A DNA stretch of 64,000 nucleotides, from the NCBI GenBank assembly GCA_963725865.1, contig CAVSAC010000010.1, positions 768,001-832,000 on the forward strand, in the 5' to 3' direction. The notes under the pieces are model-generated. The model did no database searches. It was not told where the DNA came from and saw nothing but the letters and a program-made list of their open reading frames with translations. The translations under genes were made by a program, and so were the position numbers. Of this stretch, positions 24,208 to 37,039 are shown one piece after another. Each line of letters starts with the position of its first letter. Positions within the stretch are counted from its first letter, which is position 1. The stretch comes from Candidatus Eiseniibacteriota bacterium (lineage in GTDB: Bacteria > Eisenbacteria > RBG-16-71-46).

Positions 24208-25654
24208 ATGGGCATCCTGATCAAGCACGGCACGGTCGTCACCGCCAGCGAGCGCATGCGTCGCCGACGTGTACTGCGACGGCGGCAAGGTGGCGGCGAT
24301 CGGGCAGGACCTCGAGAAGCGCGCCGCCGACCGACGAGGTGATCGACGCGGCCGGGCAGTTCGTGCTGCCGGGCGCGGTCGATCCGCACGTGCACCTGGC
24401 GCTGCCGTTCATGGGCACCGTGTCCGCCGACGACTACGAGTCGGGCACCGCCTGCGCGGTGGCCGGCGGCACCACGACGCTGATCGATTTCGTGATCCCG
24501 GCCCGCGGCCAGTCGCTGCTCGAGGGGCTCGCCGAGTGGGAGGCCAAGTCGGGCGGCGCGGTCGCCGACTACACCTACCACATGGCGATCACCGGCTGGA
24601 CCGACCGCACGGCCGAGGAGATGCGGATCGTCGTCCAGGAGAAGGGAATCACGTCGTTCAAGGTGTTCATGGCCTACAAGGGCGCCATCATGGTCGACGA
24701 TGGAGAGCTCTATCAGGTCATGAAGCACGCCGCGCAGCTCGGCGCGGTGGTCACCGTCCACGCCGAGAACGGCGACGCGGTGGCCGCGCTCCAGCGCGAG
24801 CTGCTGGCGGCCGGGCGCACCGCCCCGCGCGAGCACGGCGCGTCGCGGCCGAGCGCGGTCGAGGGCGAGGCCACCGGGCGCGCGCTGATGATGGCGCGGC
24901 TGCACGGCACCACCGCCTACATCGTGCACATGACCTGCCGCGAGTCGGTGCTGGCGCTGGCGCGCGCGAAGGCCGAGGGCCAGCGCTGCTACGGCGAGAC
25001 CTGCCCGCAGTACCTGCTGCTCGACGACTCGGTGTACGACAAGCCCGACTTCGAGGGCGCGGCGTACGTGATGTCGCCGCCGATCCGCCCGCGCGCGGGC
25101 GGGCACCAGGACGCGCTGTGGGCGCACCTGCAGGCCGGGCTGCTCGACACGCGTCGGCACCGACCACTGCTCCGTTCACGATGGCGCAGAAGCGCGCCGG
25201 GATCGCGGACTTCACCAAGATCCCGAACGGCGGCACCGGCGTCGAGGAGCGGCTGGCGTTGCTCTACACCTACGGCGTGTGCGAAGGGCGCATCACGCTC
25301 GAGCACATGGTCGACCTGCTGTGCACGCGCCCCGCGCGCATCTTCGGGCTCTACCCGCGCAAGGGCTCGGTGGCGATCGGCGGCGACGCCGACCTGGTGG
25401 TGTGGGATCCGACCGCGACCCGCACCATCTCGGCGCGCACGCACCACTCGAAGAGCGACCGCAACATCTTCGAGGGCTTCTCCGTGAAGGGGCGGCCCCG
25501 CTACGTGATCGTGAACGGCACGGTGCGCGTGCGCGACGGCGAGCTGCGCGTGGAGCGCGGCGCCGGCCGGTTCGTGCGGCGCGAGACCAGTATCGCGGCG
25601 GCCCGGGCGGATGCCGGGGCCGGCCTGGCAGGGGCACGGGCGCAGGCCCGATAG
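24208..25654 (+). CDS. hydA: Dihydropyrimidinase; four +1 frameshifts (~24260, ~24332, ~25152, ~25171)
   Basis: PGAVDPHVHL, SFKVFMAYK, VHAENG, GETCPQYL, GTDHCPF (after repair), KIPNGG.GVEER and GGDADLVVWDP. Confidence 0.88.
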
Positions 25655-25662
25655 GGGGAACG

Positions 25663-27000
25663 ATGGATCCGCAGACCACGCCCGAGGCGCGCGCGACGAA
25701 CTCGTCCGCCGAGGTGCGACGCAAGCACAAGGAGTTCCTGTTCCCGTCGGTGACGAACTACTACGAGGAGCCGATCGTCCTCACCGAGGGCAAGGGGATG
25801 CGGGTGAAGGACCTCGACGGGAAGTCGTACCTCGACTTCTTCGGCGGCATCCTGACCGTCTCGGTCGGCCACGCGAACGACCGCGTGAACGCCGCGGTCA
25901 AGGCCCAGCTCGACCGTCTCGGCCACGTCTCGACGCTCTACCCCACGCTGCCGATCGTGGAGCTGGCCGAGAAGCTCGCCTCCATCACGCCCGGCAAGCT
26001 CAAGAAGTGCTACTTCACCGCCACCGGCACCGAGGCCGACGAGACCGCGGTGATGATGGCGCAGGTGTTCACCGGCCGCTCCGAGATCGTCGCGCTGCGC
26101 CACGGCTACTCGGGCCGCTCGATGCTGGCGCAGTCGCTCACCGCGCACGCGCCGTGGCGCGCGCTGCCGACCCAGATCGCCGGCATCAAGCACGGGCTCT
26201 CGCCGTACTGCTACCGCTGCCCGCTCGGGCTCACGTACCCGAGCTGCGGCGTGAAGTGCGCGAAGGACCTCGAGGAGCTGATCCGCACCACCACGACGGG
26301 CCAGATCGCCGGGTTCCTCGCCGAGCCGATCCAGGGCGTCGGCGGCTTCGTCACGCCGCCGAAGGAGTACTTCCAGATCGCGGTCGAGATCGTGCGCAAG
26401 TACGGCGGCGTGTTCATCTGCGACGAGGTGCAGACCGGCTTCGGGCGCACCGGCGAGAAGTGGTGGGGCATCGAGCACTGGGGCGTCGAGCCCGACATCA
26501 TGACGATGGCCAAGGGGATCGCGAACGGCATGCCGCTGTCGGCCTGCGTCACCACCGCGCCGATCGCGGACTCGTTCAAGGCGCTCACGATCTCGACGTT
26601 CGGCGGCAATCCGATCTCGGCCACCGCGGGACGCGCCACCATCGAGGTGATCGAGTCCGAGAAGCTGCGCGAGAACGCGGCCACCCAGGGCAAGCGACTG
26701 CGCGAGGGGCTCGAGAAGCTGAAGAGCCGCTACCCGCGCGTGATCGGTGACGTGCGCGGCATGGGGCTGATGCAGGGCGTGGAGTTCGTGAAGGACGAGA
26801 CCGCGCAGGACCGCACCCCGAACCCGCAGGTGCTCGCGAAGCTGTTCGAGGAGACCAAGAAGCGCGGGCTCCTGATCGGCAAGGGCGGCCTCTACGGCAA
26901 CGTCGCGCGCATCTCGCCCGCGCTCATCGTGAGCGCCGCCGAGGTGGACGAGGCGCTGCGGGTCCTCGAGGAGAGCATGGCCGCCCTGGGGGCGGCATGA
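25663..27000 (+). CDS. Class-III PLP aminotransferase (AGXT2-like; probable beta-alanine aminotransferase)
   Basis: YLDFFGGILTVSVGH, AEPIQGVGG, DEVQTGFGRTG, MAKGIANG and STFGGNP; operon context. Confidence 0.88.
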   Translation: MDPQTTPEARATNSSAEVRRKHKEFLFPSVTNYYEEPIVLTEGKGMRVKDLDGKSYLDFFGGILTVSVGHANDRVNAAVKAQLDRLGHVSTLYPTLPIVELAEKLASITPGKLKKCYFTATGTEADETAVMMAQVFTGRSEIVALRHGYSGRSMLAQSLTAHAPWRALPTQIAGIKHGLSPYCYRCPLGLTYPSCGVKCAKDLEELIRTTTTGQIAGFLAEPIQGVGGFVTPPKEYFQIAVEIVRKYGGVFICDEVQTGFGRTGEKWWGIEHWGVEPDIMTMAKGIANGMPLSACVTTAPIADSFKALTISTFGGNPISATAGRATIEVIESEKLRENAATQGKRLREGLEKLKSRYPRVIGDVRGMGLMQGVEFVKDETAQDRTPNPQVLAKLFEETKKRGLLIGKGGLYGNVARISPALIVSAAEVDEALRVLEESMAALGAA

Positions 27001-28328
27001 GCGGGGCGGCCGACGCCGGCGCCACCCGGCTCGAGCGTCAGCTCCCCGATCACCGTCCGGTCCTGACCGACGCGCAGGCGCTGGTCGAGTCCAATCGCTG
27101 CCTGTTCTGCCATGACGCGCCGTGCGTCGAGGCGTGTCCGACCGGGATCGACATCCCGGGCTTCATCCGCCGCATCGCGACCGGCAACGTGCGCGGCGCG
27201 GCGCGCACCATCCTGAGCGCGAACCTGCTCGGCTACTCGTGCGCGCGCGTGTGCCCGGTCGAGGTGCTGTGCGTGGGCGCCTGCGTGCACCAGCACGCCG
27301 GCAACGAGACCATCCAGATCGGCCGCCTCCAGCGCTTCGCGGTGGAGTCGGTGCTGAGCCCCGCGCTGGCGGCCACGCTGCTGCGGCGCAAGCCCGCGAA
27401 CGGCCGCAGCGTCGCGTGCATCGGGGCCGGGCCGGCGTCGCTCGCGTGCGCCGGCTACCTGGCGCTCGAGGGCCTCGAGTGCACGGTGTTCGAGAAGCGC
27501 GCGCTGCCGGGTGGCCTCAACACCACCGGCGTGGCGCCCTACAAGATGTACGTCGAGGACTCGCTCGCCGAGGTGGAGTTCATCCGCGCGCTCGGCGTCG
27601 ACATCCGCACCGGCGTCGAGGTCGGCCGCGACGTGCCGGCCGCGCGGCTGCTCGAGGAGCACGCGGCGGTGTTCATCGGGGTCGGGCTCGGGCCGGACTC
27701 GCGGCTCGGCCTGCCGGGCGAGCAGGGCCCCGGCGTGGCGGGCGCCACGGCCTGGATCGAGCGCCTGAAGGTGGAGCCGGGCTTCTCGCTCGACGGCATC
27801 GCCCAGGCGGTGGTGATCGGCGGCGGCAACACCGCGATCGATGCCGCGCGCGAGCTGCGTCACCTGGGCGTCCAGCAGGTCACGCTCGCCTATCGCCGCA
27901 CCGAGGCCGACATGTCGGGCTACGCGCACGAGCTGGCGCAGGCGCGCGCGGAGGGCGTGCTGCTGATGGAGCGCGCGGTCCCGCAGGAGTTCACGCGCGC
28001 CGCCGATGGCGCGCTGAGCGGCGTGCGCTTCGCCGACGGCCGCTCGCTCGCCTGCCAGCTGGCGCTGGTGGCGATCGGGCAGTCGCCGCTGCCGGAGCTG
28101 CTGAAGGCGTTCCCCGGCGTGGCGCTGGAGGGCAAGGGCCGCATCGTGGTCGACGCGGCCACCGGCCGCACCGGGAACCCGCGCGTGTACGCCGGCGGCG
28201 ACGCGATCAGCGGCGGCGAGCTGGTCGTGACCGCGGCCCAGCAGGGCAAGCGCGCCGCGCGCGCGATCTGCGCGCAGCTCGGCATCCCACTCGAGAAGGG
28301 CGCGCCGGCGCTGGCCGGGCATCCCTAG
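26997..28328 (+). CDS. preT: Dihydropyrimidine dehydrogenase NAD(P)/FAD subunit
   Basis: RCLFCHDAPCVEACP, CARVCPVEVLC, IGAGPA, IGGGNTAID and YAGGD; directly upstream of preA. Confidence 0.88.
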   Translation: MSGAADAGATRLERQLPDHRPVLTDAQALVESNRCLFCHDAPCVEACPTGIDIPGFIRRIATGNVRGAARTILSANLLGYSCARVCPVEVLCVGACVHQHAGNETIQIGRLQRFAVESVLSPALAATLLRRKPANGRSVACIGAGPASLACAGYLALEGLECTVFEKRALPGGLNTTGVAPYKMYVEDSLAEVEFIRALGVDIRTGVEVGRDVPAARLLEEHAAVFIGVGLGPDSRLGLPGEQGPGVAGATAWIERLKVEPGFSLDGIAQAVVIGGGNTAIDAARELRHLGVQQVTLAYRRTEADMSGYAHELAQARAEGVLLMERAVPQEFTRAADGALSGVRFADGRSLACQLALVAIGQSPLPELLKAFPGVALEGKGRIVVDAATGRTGNPRVYAGGDAISGGELVVTAAQQGKRAARAICAQLGIPLEKGAPALAGHP

Positions 28329-28350
28329 ACCCCAGCCCGAGGAATCCACG

Positions 28351-29685
28351 ATGGCCGATCTCTCGATCGATCTCGCCGGCATCCGCAGTCCCAACCCGTT
28401 CTGGCTCGCCTCGGCGCCGCCCACCAACACCGGCGACCAGATCATGCGCGCGTTCGACCTCGGCTGGGGCGGCGCGGTGTGGAAGACGCTCGGCGACCCG
28501 ATCGTCGACACCTCGAGCCGCTTTGGCGCGATCGACGTCGGCGGCGCGCGCATGGCGGGGTTCAACAACATCGAGCTGATCACCGACCGGCCGCTCGAGA
28601 CGAACCTGCGCGAGATCCGCGAAGTGAAGCGCCGCTACCCCGACCGCGCGGTGGTGGTGTCGCTGATGGTGGAGAGCCGCGAGGACTGGCGCGAGATCAT
28701 CCGCCGCGTCGAGGACACCGGCTGCGACGGCCTCGAGCTCAACTTCGGCTGCCCGCACGGCATGTGCGAGCGCGGCATGGGCTCGGCGGTGGGCGCGGAG
28801 CCCGACGTGCTCACCACGGTGGCGGGCTGGGCGGTCGAGGACGCCACGCTGCCGGTGCTGGTGAAGCTGACGCCCAACGTGGGCGACATCCTGGAGCCGG
28901 GGCTGGCGGCGGTGAAGGCCGGCGTGCACGGCCTGTCGCTCATCAACACCATCAAGAGCCTCACCGGGGTCGACCTCGACCGCATGGTCCCCTACCCGGT
29001 GGTCGGCAATCGCTCCACCAACGGCGGCTATTGCGGGCCGGCGGTCAAGCCGATCGCGCTCCACATGGTGGCGGCACTCGCCCGCGATCCGCGCATCACG
29101 GTGCCGATCTCGGGCATCGGCGGGATCGCGAACTGGCGCGACGCCGCCGAGTTCATCGCGCTCGGCGCCACCTCGGTGCAGGTGTGCACCGCCGCGATGC
29201 ACTACGGCTTCCGCATCGTCCAGGACATGATCGAGGGCCTCAGCGACTTCCTCGACTCCAAGGGCATGAAGTCGGTGAACGACCTCCGCGGCCGGGCGCT
29301 GCCGGCGTTCGTGGAGTGGGGCGACCTCGACCTGAACTACAAGGTGATCGCCCACGTCGATCCCGAGCGCTGCATCGGCTGCGAGCTGTGCCTGGTGGCG
29401 TGCCGCGACACCTCGGTGAACTGCATCCACCCCGCGGACGCGCCGCTCGCCGCCGGCCACCACGCCCCCACCCGCGCCGCGGCGGGCGAAGCCGCGCGCG
29501 CGAAGCACACCCACGTGGTGTGGGTGGACGAGACCGAGTGCATCGGCTGCAACCTGTGCTCCCACGTCTGCCCGGTGCACGGCTGCATCACGATGAAGGA
29601 CGTCACCGGGGACGCACCGTTCGAGTCCTGGAACGACCGGATCGCCAAGGGAACCGCGCACGTCCCCGGCGGCCTGCACGGATGA
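28351..29685 (+). CDS. preA: Dihydropyrimidine dehydrogenase FMN/Fe-S subunit
   Basis: NPFWLASAPPT, NNIELI, LELNFGCPHGMCERGMG, LINT and GGYCGPAVKPIAL; two C-terminal CxxCxxCxxxC ferredoxin motifs. Confidence 0.93.
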   Translation: MADLSIDLAGIRSPNPFWLASAPPTNTGDQIMRAFDLGWGGAVWKTLGDPIVDTSSRFGAIDVGGARMAGFNNIELITDRPLETNLREIREVKRRYPDRAVVVSLMVESREDWREIIRRVEDTGCDGLELNFGCPHGMCERGMGSAVGAEPDVLTTVAGWAVEDATLPVLVKLTPNVGDILEPGLAAVKAGVHGLSLINTIKSLTGVDLDRMVPYPVVGNRSTNGGYCGPAVKPIALHMVAALARDPRITVPISGIGGIANWRDAAEFIALGATSVQVCTAAMHYGFRIVQDMIEGLSDFLDSKGMKSVNDLRGRALPAFVEWGDLDLNYKVIAHVDPERCIGCELCLVACRDTSVNCIHPADAPLAAGHHAPTRAAAGEAARAKHTHVVWVDETECIGCNLCSHVCPVHGCITMKDVTGDAPFESWNDRIAKGTAHVPGGLHG

Positions 29686-29775
29686 GCGGATGGTGATTGC
29701 GCCACGGGACGGCCGCGCCGCGCGCGCGGCGGTCGCGGTCCTCCTCATGGCTGCCTGCCTCCGTCCCCCGATCGC

Positions 29776-31038
29776 GTGACGCCGGACCTCGCGCCCGCGC
29801 CGCGCCCCGTCGCGGCCCCTCCCACGCCCGCCCTCGAGCCGCCCGGCCGCTGGCGCGCGCTGGTGTGGCTGGCGCTCGCCGCGCTGCTCGGCATGAGCAC
29901 GTGGTTCTCGGGCACCGCGGTGGTGGGGACGCTGCGCCAGACCTGGCACCTGTCGCCGGGCGCGGCGGCGTGGCTCACGATCGCCGTCCAGATCGGCTTC
30001 GTCGCCGGCTCGCTGCTGTCGGCGGCGGCCAACCTGCTGGACCTGCTGCCGCCCCGGCGCGTCCTGATCGCCTCGTGCGTCGCGGCCGCGCTCGTCAACG
30101 CCGGGTTCGCGCTGGTGCGCACGCCGGCGCACGCGTTCGCGCTGCGCTTCGTCGCCGGCGCATGCCTGGCGGGCGTCTATCCCACCGCACTCAAGCTGAT
30201 GGCGACCTGGTTCCGGCGCGACCGCGGCACCGCGCTCGGCGTGATGGTGGGGGCACTCGCCGTGGGCTCGGCGTCCCCGCACCTGGCGACCGCGATCGGC
30301 GGGCTCGACTGGCGCGCGGCGGTGTTCAGCAGCTCGCTCACCACCGCGCTCGGCGCGCTGATCGCGTGGCGCTGGGTCCACGAGGGCCCGTTCCCGTTCC
30401 CGCGCGCGCGGTTCGACCCCTCGCAGGCCGGACAGGTGCTGCGCGAGCCGGCGCTGCGGCTGGCGTGCTTCGGCTACTTCGGCCACATGTGGGAGCTGTA
30501 CGCGATGTGGGGCTGGTTCGGCGTCTACCTCGCCGACCGCTTCACGCGCGCGGGGATCGCGGTGCAGCCGTGGGCGCCGCTGGGCGCGTTCGCCGCGATC
30601 GCGGCCGGCATGGCGGGTTCGTGGTGGCTGGGTGCACTCGCCGACCGCTGGGGTCGCACGCGCGCGGCCGCGCTCGCGATGGCGGTGTCGAGCGTGTGCG
30701 CGGTCGCCGCCGGGTTCGCGTTCGGCGCGCCCCCCTGGGTGGCGGTGGCGCTGGGGCTGGTGTGGGGAGCGTCGGCGCTCGCCGACTCGGCGCAGTTCTC
30801 GGCGATGGTGACCGAGCTGTCCGACCCGGCCTACGTGGGCACCGCGCTTACCGTGCAGCTCGCGATCGGATTCTCGCTCACCACCGCCACGCTGTGGCTG
30901 ATCCCGCTGCTGCGCGACGCGTGGTCGTGGCACTGGGCGTTCGCGATCCTGGCGCCGGGGCCGCTGATCGGCATCCTCGCGATGGCGCGGCTGGCGCGCC
31001 GGCCGGAGGCGGTGCGACTCGCCGGCGGCCGCGGATGA
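29776..31038 (+). CDS. MFS transporter
   Basis: About 12 TM segments; GHMWELYAMW, LADRWGR and DSAQFSA motifs. Confidence 0.85.
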   Translation: MTPDLAPAPRPVAAPPTPALEPPGRWRALVWLALAALLGMSTWFSGTAVVGTLRQTWHLSPGAAAWLTIAVQIGFVAGSLLSAAANLLDLLPPRRVLIASCVAAALVNAGFALVRTPAHAFALRFVAGACLAGVYPTALKLMATWFRRDRGTALGVMVGALAVGSASPHLATAIGGLDWRAAVFSSSLTTALGALIAWRWVHEGPFPFPRARFDPSQAGQVLREPALRLACFGYFGHMWELYAMWGWFGVYLADRFTRAGIAVQPWAPLGAFAAIAAGMAGSWWLGALADRWGRTRAAALAMAVSSVCAVAAGFAFGAPPWVAVALGLVWGASALADSAQFSAMVTELSDPAYVGTALTVQLAIGFSLTTATLWLIPLLRDAWSWHWAFAILAPGPLIGILAMARLARRPEAVRLAGGRG

Positions 31039-31135
31039 GCCACGCGATCCTACTTTCCCGCAGACAGCCGCCCGGCGGCTCCGGTAGCTTGCCGCCCATG
31101 CCGAACCCGCAGTGGACTCCTGGCCCGGAGGCACG

Positions 31136-32647
<1,512 letters not shown>

Positions 32648-32835
32648 CGCCGACAGAGGAGCGCGGCACACGCGACGGCGATGCGCCGGTCGCGGCCGGC
32701 CGCGCGCTGCTCCCGCCCGCCCACGTGTTCCGCCGAGTCCGGCCGCGTTGTGACGCAGCGCCGGACGCTGCCTCCTTCAGATCGAGAGACACCCTTGCCG
32801 GCCCCCCGCCGGGCCCCGCACCCTTGGAGCCCCGC

Positions 32836-32949
32836 ATGCACCAGCGCCGCTCGACCTCCCTGCGCGTCCGATTCCTGCTGTTCTTCGCCCTGCTTCTGCT
32901 GCTCGCATTGCCGCTGGTGGTGGCGGCGATGCGCGCGCGCCCCAGCTAG
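32836..32949 (+). CDS. Putative 37-aa single-pass membrane peptide
   Basis: GGAG about 6 nt before the ATG; MHQRRSTSLRVRFLLFFALLLLLALPLVVAAMRARPS*. Its stop overlaps the ppsR stop. Confidence 0.45.
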   Translation: MHQRRSTSLRVRFLLFFALLLLLALPLVVAAMRARPS

Positions 32950-33785
32950 CCGGGAGCCCGCCGGCGGCGGCTGCCGCGCAGGCCGCGTAGCTCCAGCACC
33001 TCGCGGGCGATCTCCTCGACCGCCTTGTACGAGGCGTCGATGGTGCGCCAGCCGTGCTCGTCCATCACGCGCTTGGCTTCCAGCACCTCGCGCTTGATGG
33101 CGTGCTCGTCCAGATAGGACTCCAGCGGCGCGCGGCCCAGCATGTGGGCGCGCGCCTCGCGCACGGTCGCGAGCCGCAGCGCGTTCACGTGCAGTCCGAC
33201 GACCTTCGCCGGGTCGAGCGCGATCAGCTCCGCGGGCGCCGGAATGCCCGGCACCAGAGGCACGTTCGCGGCCTTGATGCCCTCGTAGGCGAGGTAGAAG
33301 CTGGTCGAGGTCTTCGCGGAACGCGACACCCCGGTCAGCACCACGTCCGCCAGCGCGAGGCCGTCGAGGTGCAGCCCGTCGTCGTGCTGGAACGTGTAGT
33401 CGATGGCGTCGTGGCGGTCGAATCGCTCGCGCTCGGAGGAGTACAACAGGCCGGGACGCGAGCGCGGCGCGGCCTTGAACAGGTCGTGGAGCGCGGAGAA
33501 CGCCGGCCCCAGCACGTCCACCGTCGAGACCGCCGCCGCGGTGGCCGCGGCTACCATGGCCTCGCGGGTCTCGCGGCCCACGAGGGTGTAGAAGATCACC
33601 GCGCGCGTGCGCGCCGCGCGGCGCACGATCGCCTGCACGCGCGCCGCCGTGCGCACCTGGCCGCGGCGGATGACGTCGTAGCGCTGGCCCTCGAACTGGA
33701 CCAGCGCGGCGCTGAGCAGTTGGGCACAGGTGTCGCCGCGGCCGTCGGAGAGCACGAAGATGGTGGGCGGGTGCGAGCGGGGCAT
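32946..33785 (-). CDS. ppsR: Pyruvate/PEP dikinase regulatory protein (DUF299 kinase/pyrophosphorylase)
   Basis: IFVLSDG.G.T, AIDYTFQHDDG, GVSRSAKT, KAANVPLV and KAVEE. Confidence 0.88.
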   Translation of the reverse strand: MPRSHPPTIFVLSDGRGDTCAQLLSAALVQFEGQRYDVIRRGQVRTAARVQAIVRRAARTRAVIFYTLVGRETREAMVAAATAAAVSTVDVLGPAFSALHDLFKAAPRSRPGLLYSSERERFDRHDAIDYTFQHDDGLHLDGLALADVVLTGVSRSAKTSTSFYLAYEGIKAANVPLVPGIPAPAELIALDPAKVVGLHVNALRLATVREARAHMLGRAPLESYLDEHAIKREVLEAKRVMDEHGWRTIDASYKAVEEIAREVLELRGLRGSRRRRAPG

Positions 33786-33873
33786 GGCCGCGAGTCTAGG
33801 CGATCCGCCCGGCGTCGGCGACGGCGCCGGGTCGTGAGACGCCGGCGCCGCCTGGGGGGCCGTGCAGCCGAAG

Positions 33874-35253
33874 CTAGAACTGCGCCTTCTCGGTGCTGCC
33901 CTCGAGCGCGAGCGTGGAAGCCTGCCCGTCGGCGATCACCTGCATGACCTGGTCGAAGTAGCCGGTGCCCACCTCGCGCTGGTGGCGCGTGGCGCTGTAG
34001 CCGTGCGCCTCCGCCGCGAACTCCGCCTCCTGCAGGTCCGCGTAGGCCGACATGCCGCGCGCGCGGTAGTCGCGGGCGAGCTCGAACATCGCGTGGTTCA
34101 GGCTGTGGAAGCCCGCCAGCGTGACGAACTGGAACTTGTAGCCCATCGCGCCCAGCTCGCGCTGGAAATGGGCGATGGTCGCGGAGTCGAGCTTGGCCTT
34201 CCAGTTGAACGACGGGCTGCAGTTGTACGCCAGCAGCTTGCCGGGGAAGTCGCGGTGGATGCCCTCCGCGAAGGCCTTCGCCTCCGCGAGGTCGGGGGTC
34301 GAGGTCTCGCACCAGACCAGGTCCGCGAAGGGGGCGTACGCGCGCCCGCGGGCGATCGCGCACTCGAGGCCACCGCGGTAGCGGTAGAAGCCCTCGGCGG
34401 TGCGCTCGCCGGTCAGGAACTCGGAGTCGCGCGGGTCCACGTCGCTGGTCAGCAGGCGCGCGCTGTCGGCGTCGGTGCGCGCGATGATCAGCGTCGGGAC
34501 GTCCATCACGTCGGCCGCCAGCCGCGCCGCGACCAGCGTGCGGATGAAGTGCCCGGTCGGGACGAGCACCTTGCCGCCGAGGTGCCCGCATTTCTTCTCG
34601 GACGAGAGCTGGTCCTCGAAGTGCACTCCGGCGGCCCCCGCCTCGATCATCGACTTCATCAGTTCGTACGCGTTCAGCGGGCCGCCGAAGCCGGCTTCGG
34701 CGTCCGCCACGATCGGCACCGTCCAGTGCCGGCGGGACATCGCCGGCTTGCCGTTGCCGTTGCCGTTCGCGTGGCCGTTGAGGTGCCCGGAGGCGGCCGG
34801 CGCCGCATGCGCCTCGGCGTACTCGATCTGGTCGGCGCGCAGGAGCGCCTGGTTCAGGCGTCGCACCACCTGCGGCACGCTGTTCGCCGGGTAGAGGCTC
34901 TGGTCGGGGTACGTCTGCCCGGCCAGATTGGCGTCGGCCGCCACCTGCCAGCCGGAGAGGTAGATCGACTCGAGCCCCGCCTTGACCTGCTGCACCGCCT
35001 GGCCGCCGGTGAGCGCGCCGAGCGAATTCACGTAGTCACGCGTGTTGAGTAGGTGCCACAGCCGCCGCGCGCCCATCGAGGCGAGCGTGTACTCGATGCG
35101 CACGCTGCCGCGCAGCCGCTCCACGTCCACCGCGGTGTAGGGACGCTGGATGCCGTCCCAGCGGCCGCGTGGGACGAGGCGGTCCCAGGGTTCCTGGGAA
35201 GCCGCGGTCTCGGGAGTCCACGGGTGATCGTGCGGGATGCGCGAGGCGGTCAT
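33874..35253 (-). CDS. aceA: Isocitrate lyase
   Basis: [30 protein letters not shown] signature, YNCSPSFNW and HQREVG. Confidence 0.97.
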   Translation of the reverse strand: MTASRIPHDHPWTPETAASQEPWDRLVPRGRWDGIQRPYTAVDVERLRGSVRIEYTLASMGARRLWHLLNTRDYVNSLGALTGGQAVQQVKAGLESIYLSGWQVAADANLAGQTYPDQSLYPANSVPQVVRRLNQALLRADQIEYAEAHAAPAASGHLNGHANGNGNGKPAMSRRHWTVPIVADAEAGFGGPLNAYELMKSMIEAGAAGVHFEDQLSSEKKCGHLGGKVLVPTGHFIRTLVAARLAADVMDVPTLIIARTDADSARLLTSDVDPRDSEFLTGERTAEGFYRYRGGLECAIARGRAYAPFADLVWCETSTPDLAEAKAFAEGIHRDFPGKLLAYNCSPSFNWKAKLDSATIAHFQRELGAMGYKFQFVTLAGFHSLNHAMFELARDYRARGMSAYADLQEAEFAAEAHGYSATRHQREVGTGYFDQVMQVIADGQASTLALEGSTEKAQF

Positions 35254-35284
35254 GATGGATCCTCCGGTCGAGGGGGCGCGGCGC

Positions 35285-36916
35285 TCAGTGATCCGTGGGT
35301 GCGTCGTGGATGCGGCACAATTCGTCGTAAGCGGGCAGCGTCAGGAACTCCTCCATCGTGGGCGCGGTGGCGACGCGCAGGAACAGCCGCGTGGCCTCCT
35401 CGAACCGTCCCTGGGCGAAGCGCTCGATTCCGATGTCGCGCGCCAGGCGCTCCATCTCCTCGCGCAGCACCTGCTCCACCAGCTCGCGGCTCACGCGGCG
35501 GCCGTCGGCGAGCGTCGCGCCGTGATGGAGCCACTGCCAGACCTGGCTGCGGGAGATCTCGGCGGTGGCCGCGTCCTCCATCAGGTTGTAGAGCGGCACG
35601 CAGCCGAGGCCGCGCAACCACGCCTCGAGGTACTGCACGCCGACCCGCACGTTGAGGCGCAGTCCGTCCTCGGTGCGGGTGCCGGTGGGAACCCGCAGCA
35701 GATCGGTCGCGGTGACCTCGACGTCCTCCCGCAGGCGATCGAGCTGGTTCGCTCCCTTCATGTGAACGTCGAAGACCTCGCGCGCGACCGGCACCAGGCC
35801 CGGGTGGGCGACCCAGGTGCCGTCGTGACCGTCGCGCACTTCGCGCAGCTTGTCCGCGCGCACGCGCGCGAGCGCCGCGGCGCTCGCGTCGGGGTCGCTC
35901 TTGATCGGGATGAACGCCGCCATGCCGCCGATCGCGTGCGCGCCGCGGCGGTGGCAGGTGCGCACCGCGAGCTGCGTGTAGGCGCGCATGCACGGCTGCT
36001 CCATGGTGACCTGGCCGCGGTCGGGCAGCAGCGCGGCGGGATCGTCGCGGCGCGTCTTGATGAACGAGAAGATGTAGTCCCAGCGCCCGCAATTGAGGCC
36101 GACCGAGTGCTCGCGCAGCTCATAGAGGATCTCGTCCATCTCGAACGCGGCGGGGAGCGTCTCGATCAGACAGGTCGCCTTGATGGTGCCGCGCGGGATA
36201 CCGAGGGCCTGCTGGGCGTGGACGAACACCTCGTTCCATAGCCGCGCCTCGAGATGGCTCTCCAGCTTGGGCAGGTAGAAGTACGGCCCGGTGCCGCGCG
36301 CGAGTAGCTCGGCGGCGTTGTGGAACAGATAGAGCCCGAAGTCGAACAGGCAGCCCGGGATGGGGCGGCCGTCGACTTGCACGTGGCGCTCCTTCAGGTG
36401 CAGTCCGCGCGGACGCACCATGAGCGTCGCGACGCGCGCGTCGAGCTGGTACGAGCGGCCGCTCTGCGGGTCCGCGTAGGTGATGCGGCGGCGCACGGCG
36501 TCGCGCAGGTTGACCTGGCCATCGAGCAGGTTCGACCAGGTCGGAGCGTTCGAGTCCTCGAAGTCGGCCATGAAGACGTCGGCACCCGAATTGAGCGCGT
36601 TGATGATCATCTTGCGGTCGACCGGACCGGTGATCTCGATCGCTCGCCGGGTGAGGTCGTGCGGGTGGGGAGCCACCGTCCAGCTCGCGCTGCGTACCGC
36701 GGACGTGGAAGCCAGGAAGTCGAGCGGCTCCCCCGCAGCGCGCCGCGCTCGACGCTCGACGCGCGCCTCGAGCAGCGCGTCGATCCGCGCCCCGAATCGG
36801 CCAGCGAGGTCGACGACGAAGGCCAGCGCCTCGGGCGCGAGGATGGACTCGTGCTCGGGGTTCACGGGGCTGTTGATGACGGTCCCTTCCGGGCTACCAC
36901 TGAGGTCGTGTCGCAT
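35285..36916 (-). CDS. aceB: Malate synthase A
   Basis: [49 protein letters not shown] and [12 protein letters not shown]. Start uncertain (ATG near 36916, or GTG at 36952). Confidence 0.95.
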   Translation of the reverse strand: MRHDLSGSPEGTVINSPVNPEHESILAPEALAFVVDLAGRFGARIDALLEARVERRARRAAGEPLDFLASTSAVRSASWTVAPHPHDLTRRAIEITGPVDRKMIINALNSGADVFMADFEDSNAPTWSNLLDGQVNLRDAVRRRITYADPQSGRSYQLDARVATLMVRPRGLHLKERHVQVDGRPIPGCLFDFGLYLFHNAAELLARGTGPYFYLPKLESHLEARLWNEVFVHAQQALGIPRGTIKATCLIETLPAAFEMDEILYELREHSVGLNCGRWDYIFSFIKTRRDDPAALLPDRGQVTMEQPCMRAYTQLAVRTCHRRGAHAIGGMAAFIPIKSDPDASAAALARVRADKLREVRDGHDGTWVAHPGLVPVAREVFDVHMKGANQLDRLREDVEVTATDLLRVPTGTRTEDGLRLNVRVGVQYLEAWLRGLGCVPLYNLMEDAATAEISRSQVWQWLHHGATLADGRRVSRELVEQVLREEMERLARDIGIERFAQGRFEEATRLFLRVATAPTMEEFLTLPAYDELCRIHDAPTDH

Positions 36917-37039
36917 GTGAAGAGTTTGACGCTCCTTTCGTGAAACAGACACTAAGAATCTGCGCCGCAGCCAATTATCTTGTAACAGTCAGAAAGCACG
37001 TGACAGTCAATCTGTGAAGCTAGTAAAGTCCATCGTGCC
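36917..37039. promoter_or_regulatory. AT-richer divergent promoter region between aceB and the regulator, with direct repeats
   Basis: GT(A/G)ACAGTCA at 36982 and 37000, and TGTGAAG occurring twice; candidate RamB/ScfR sites. Confidence 0.45.
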
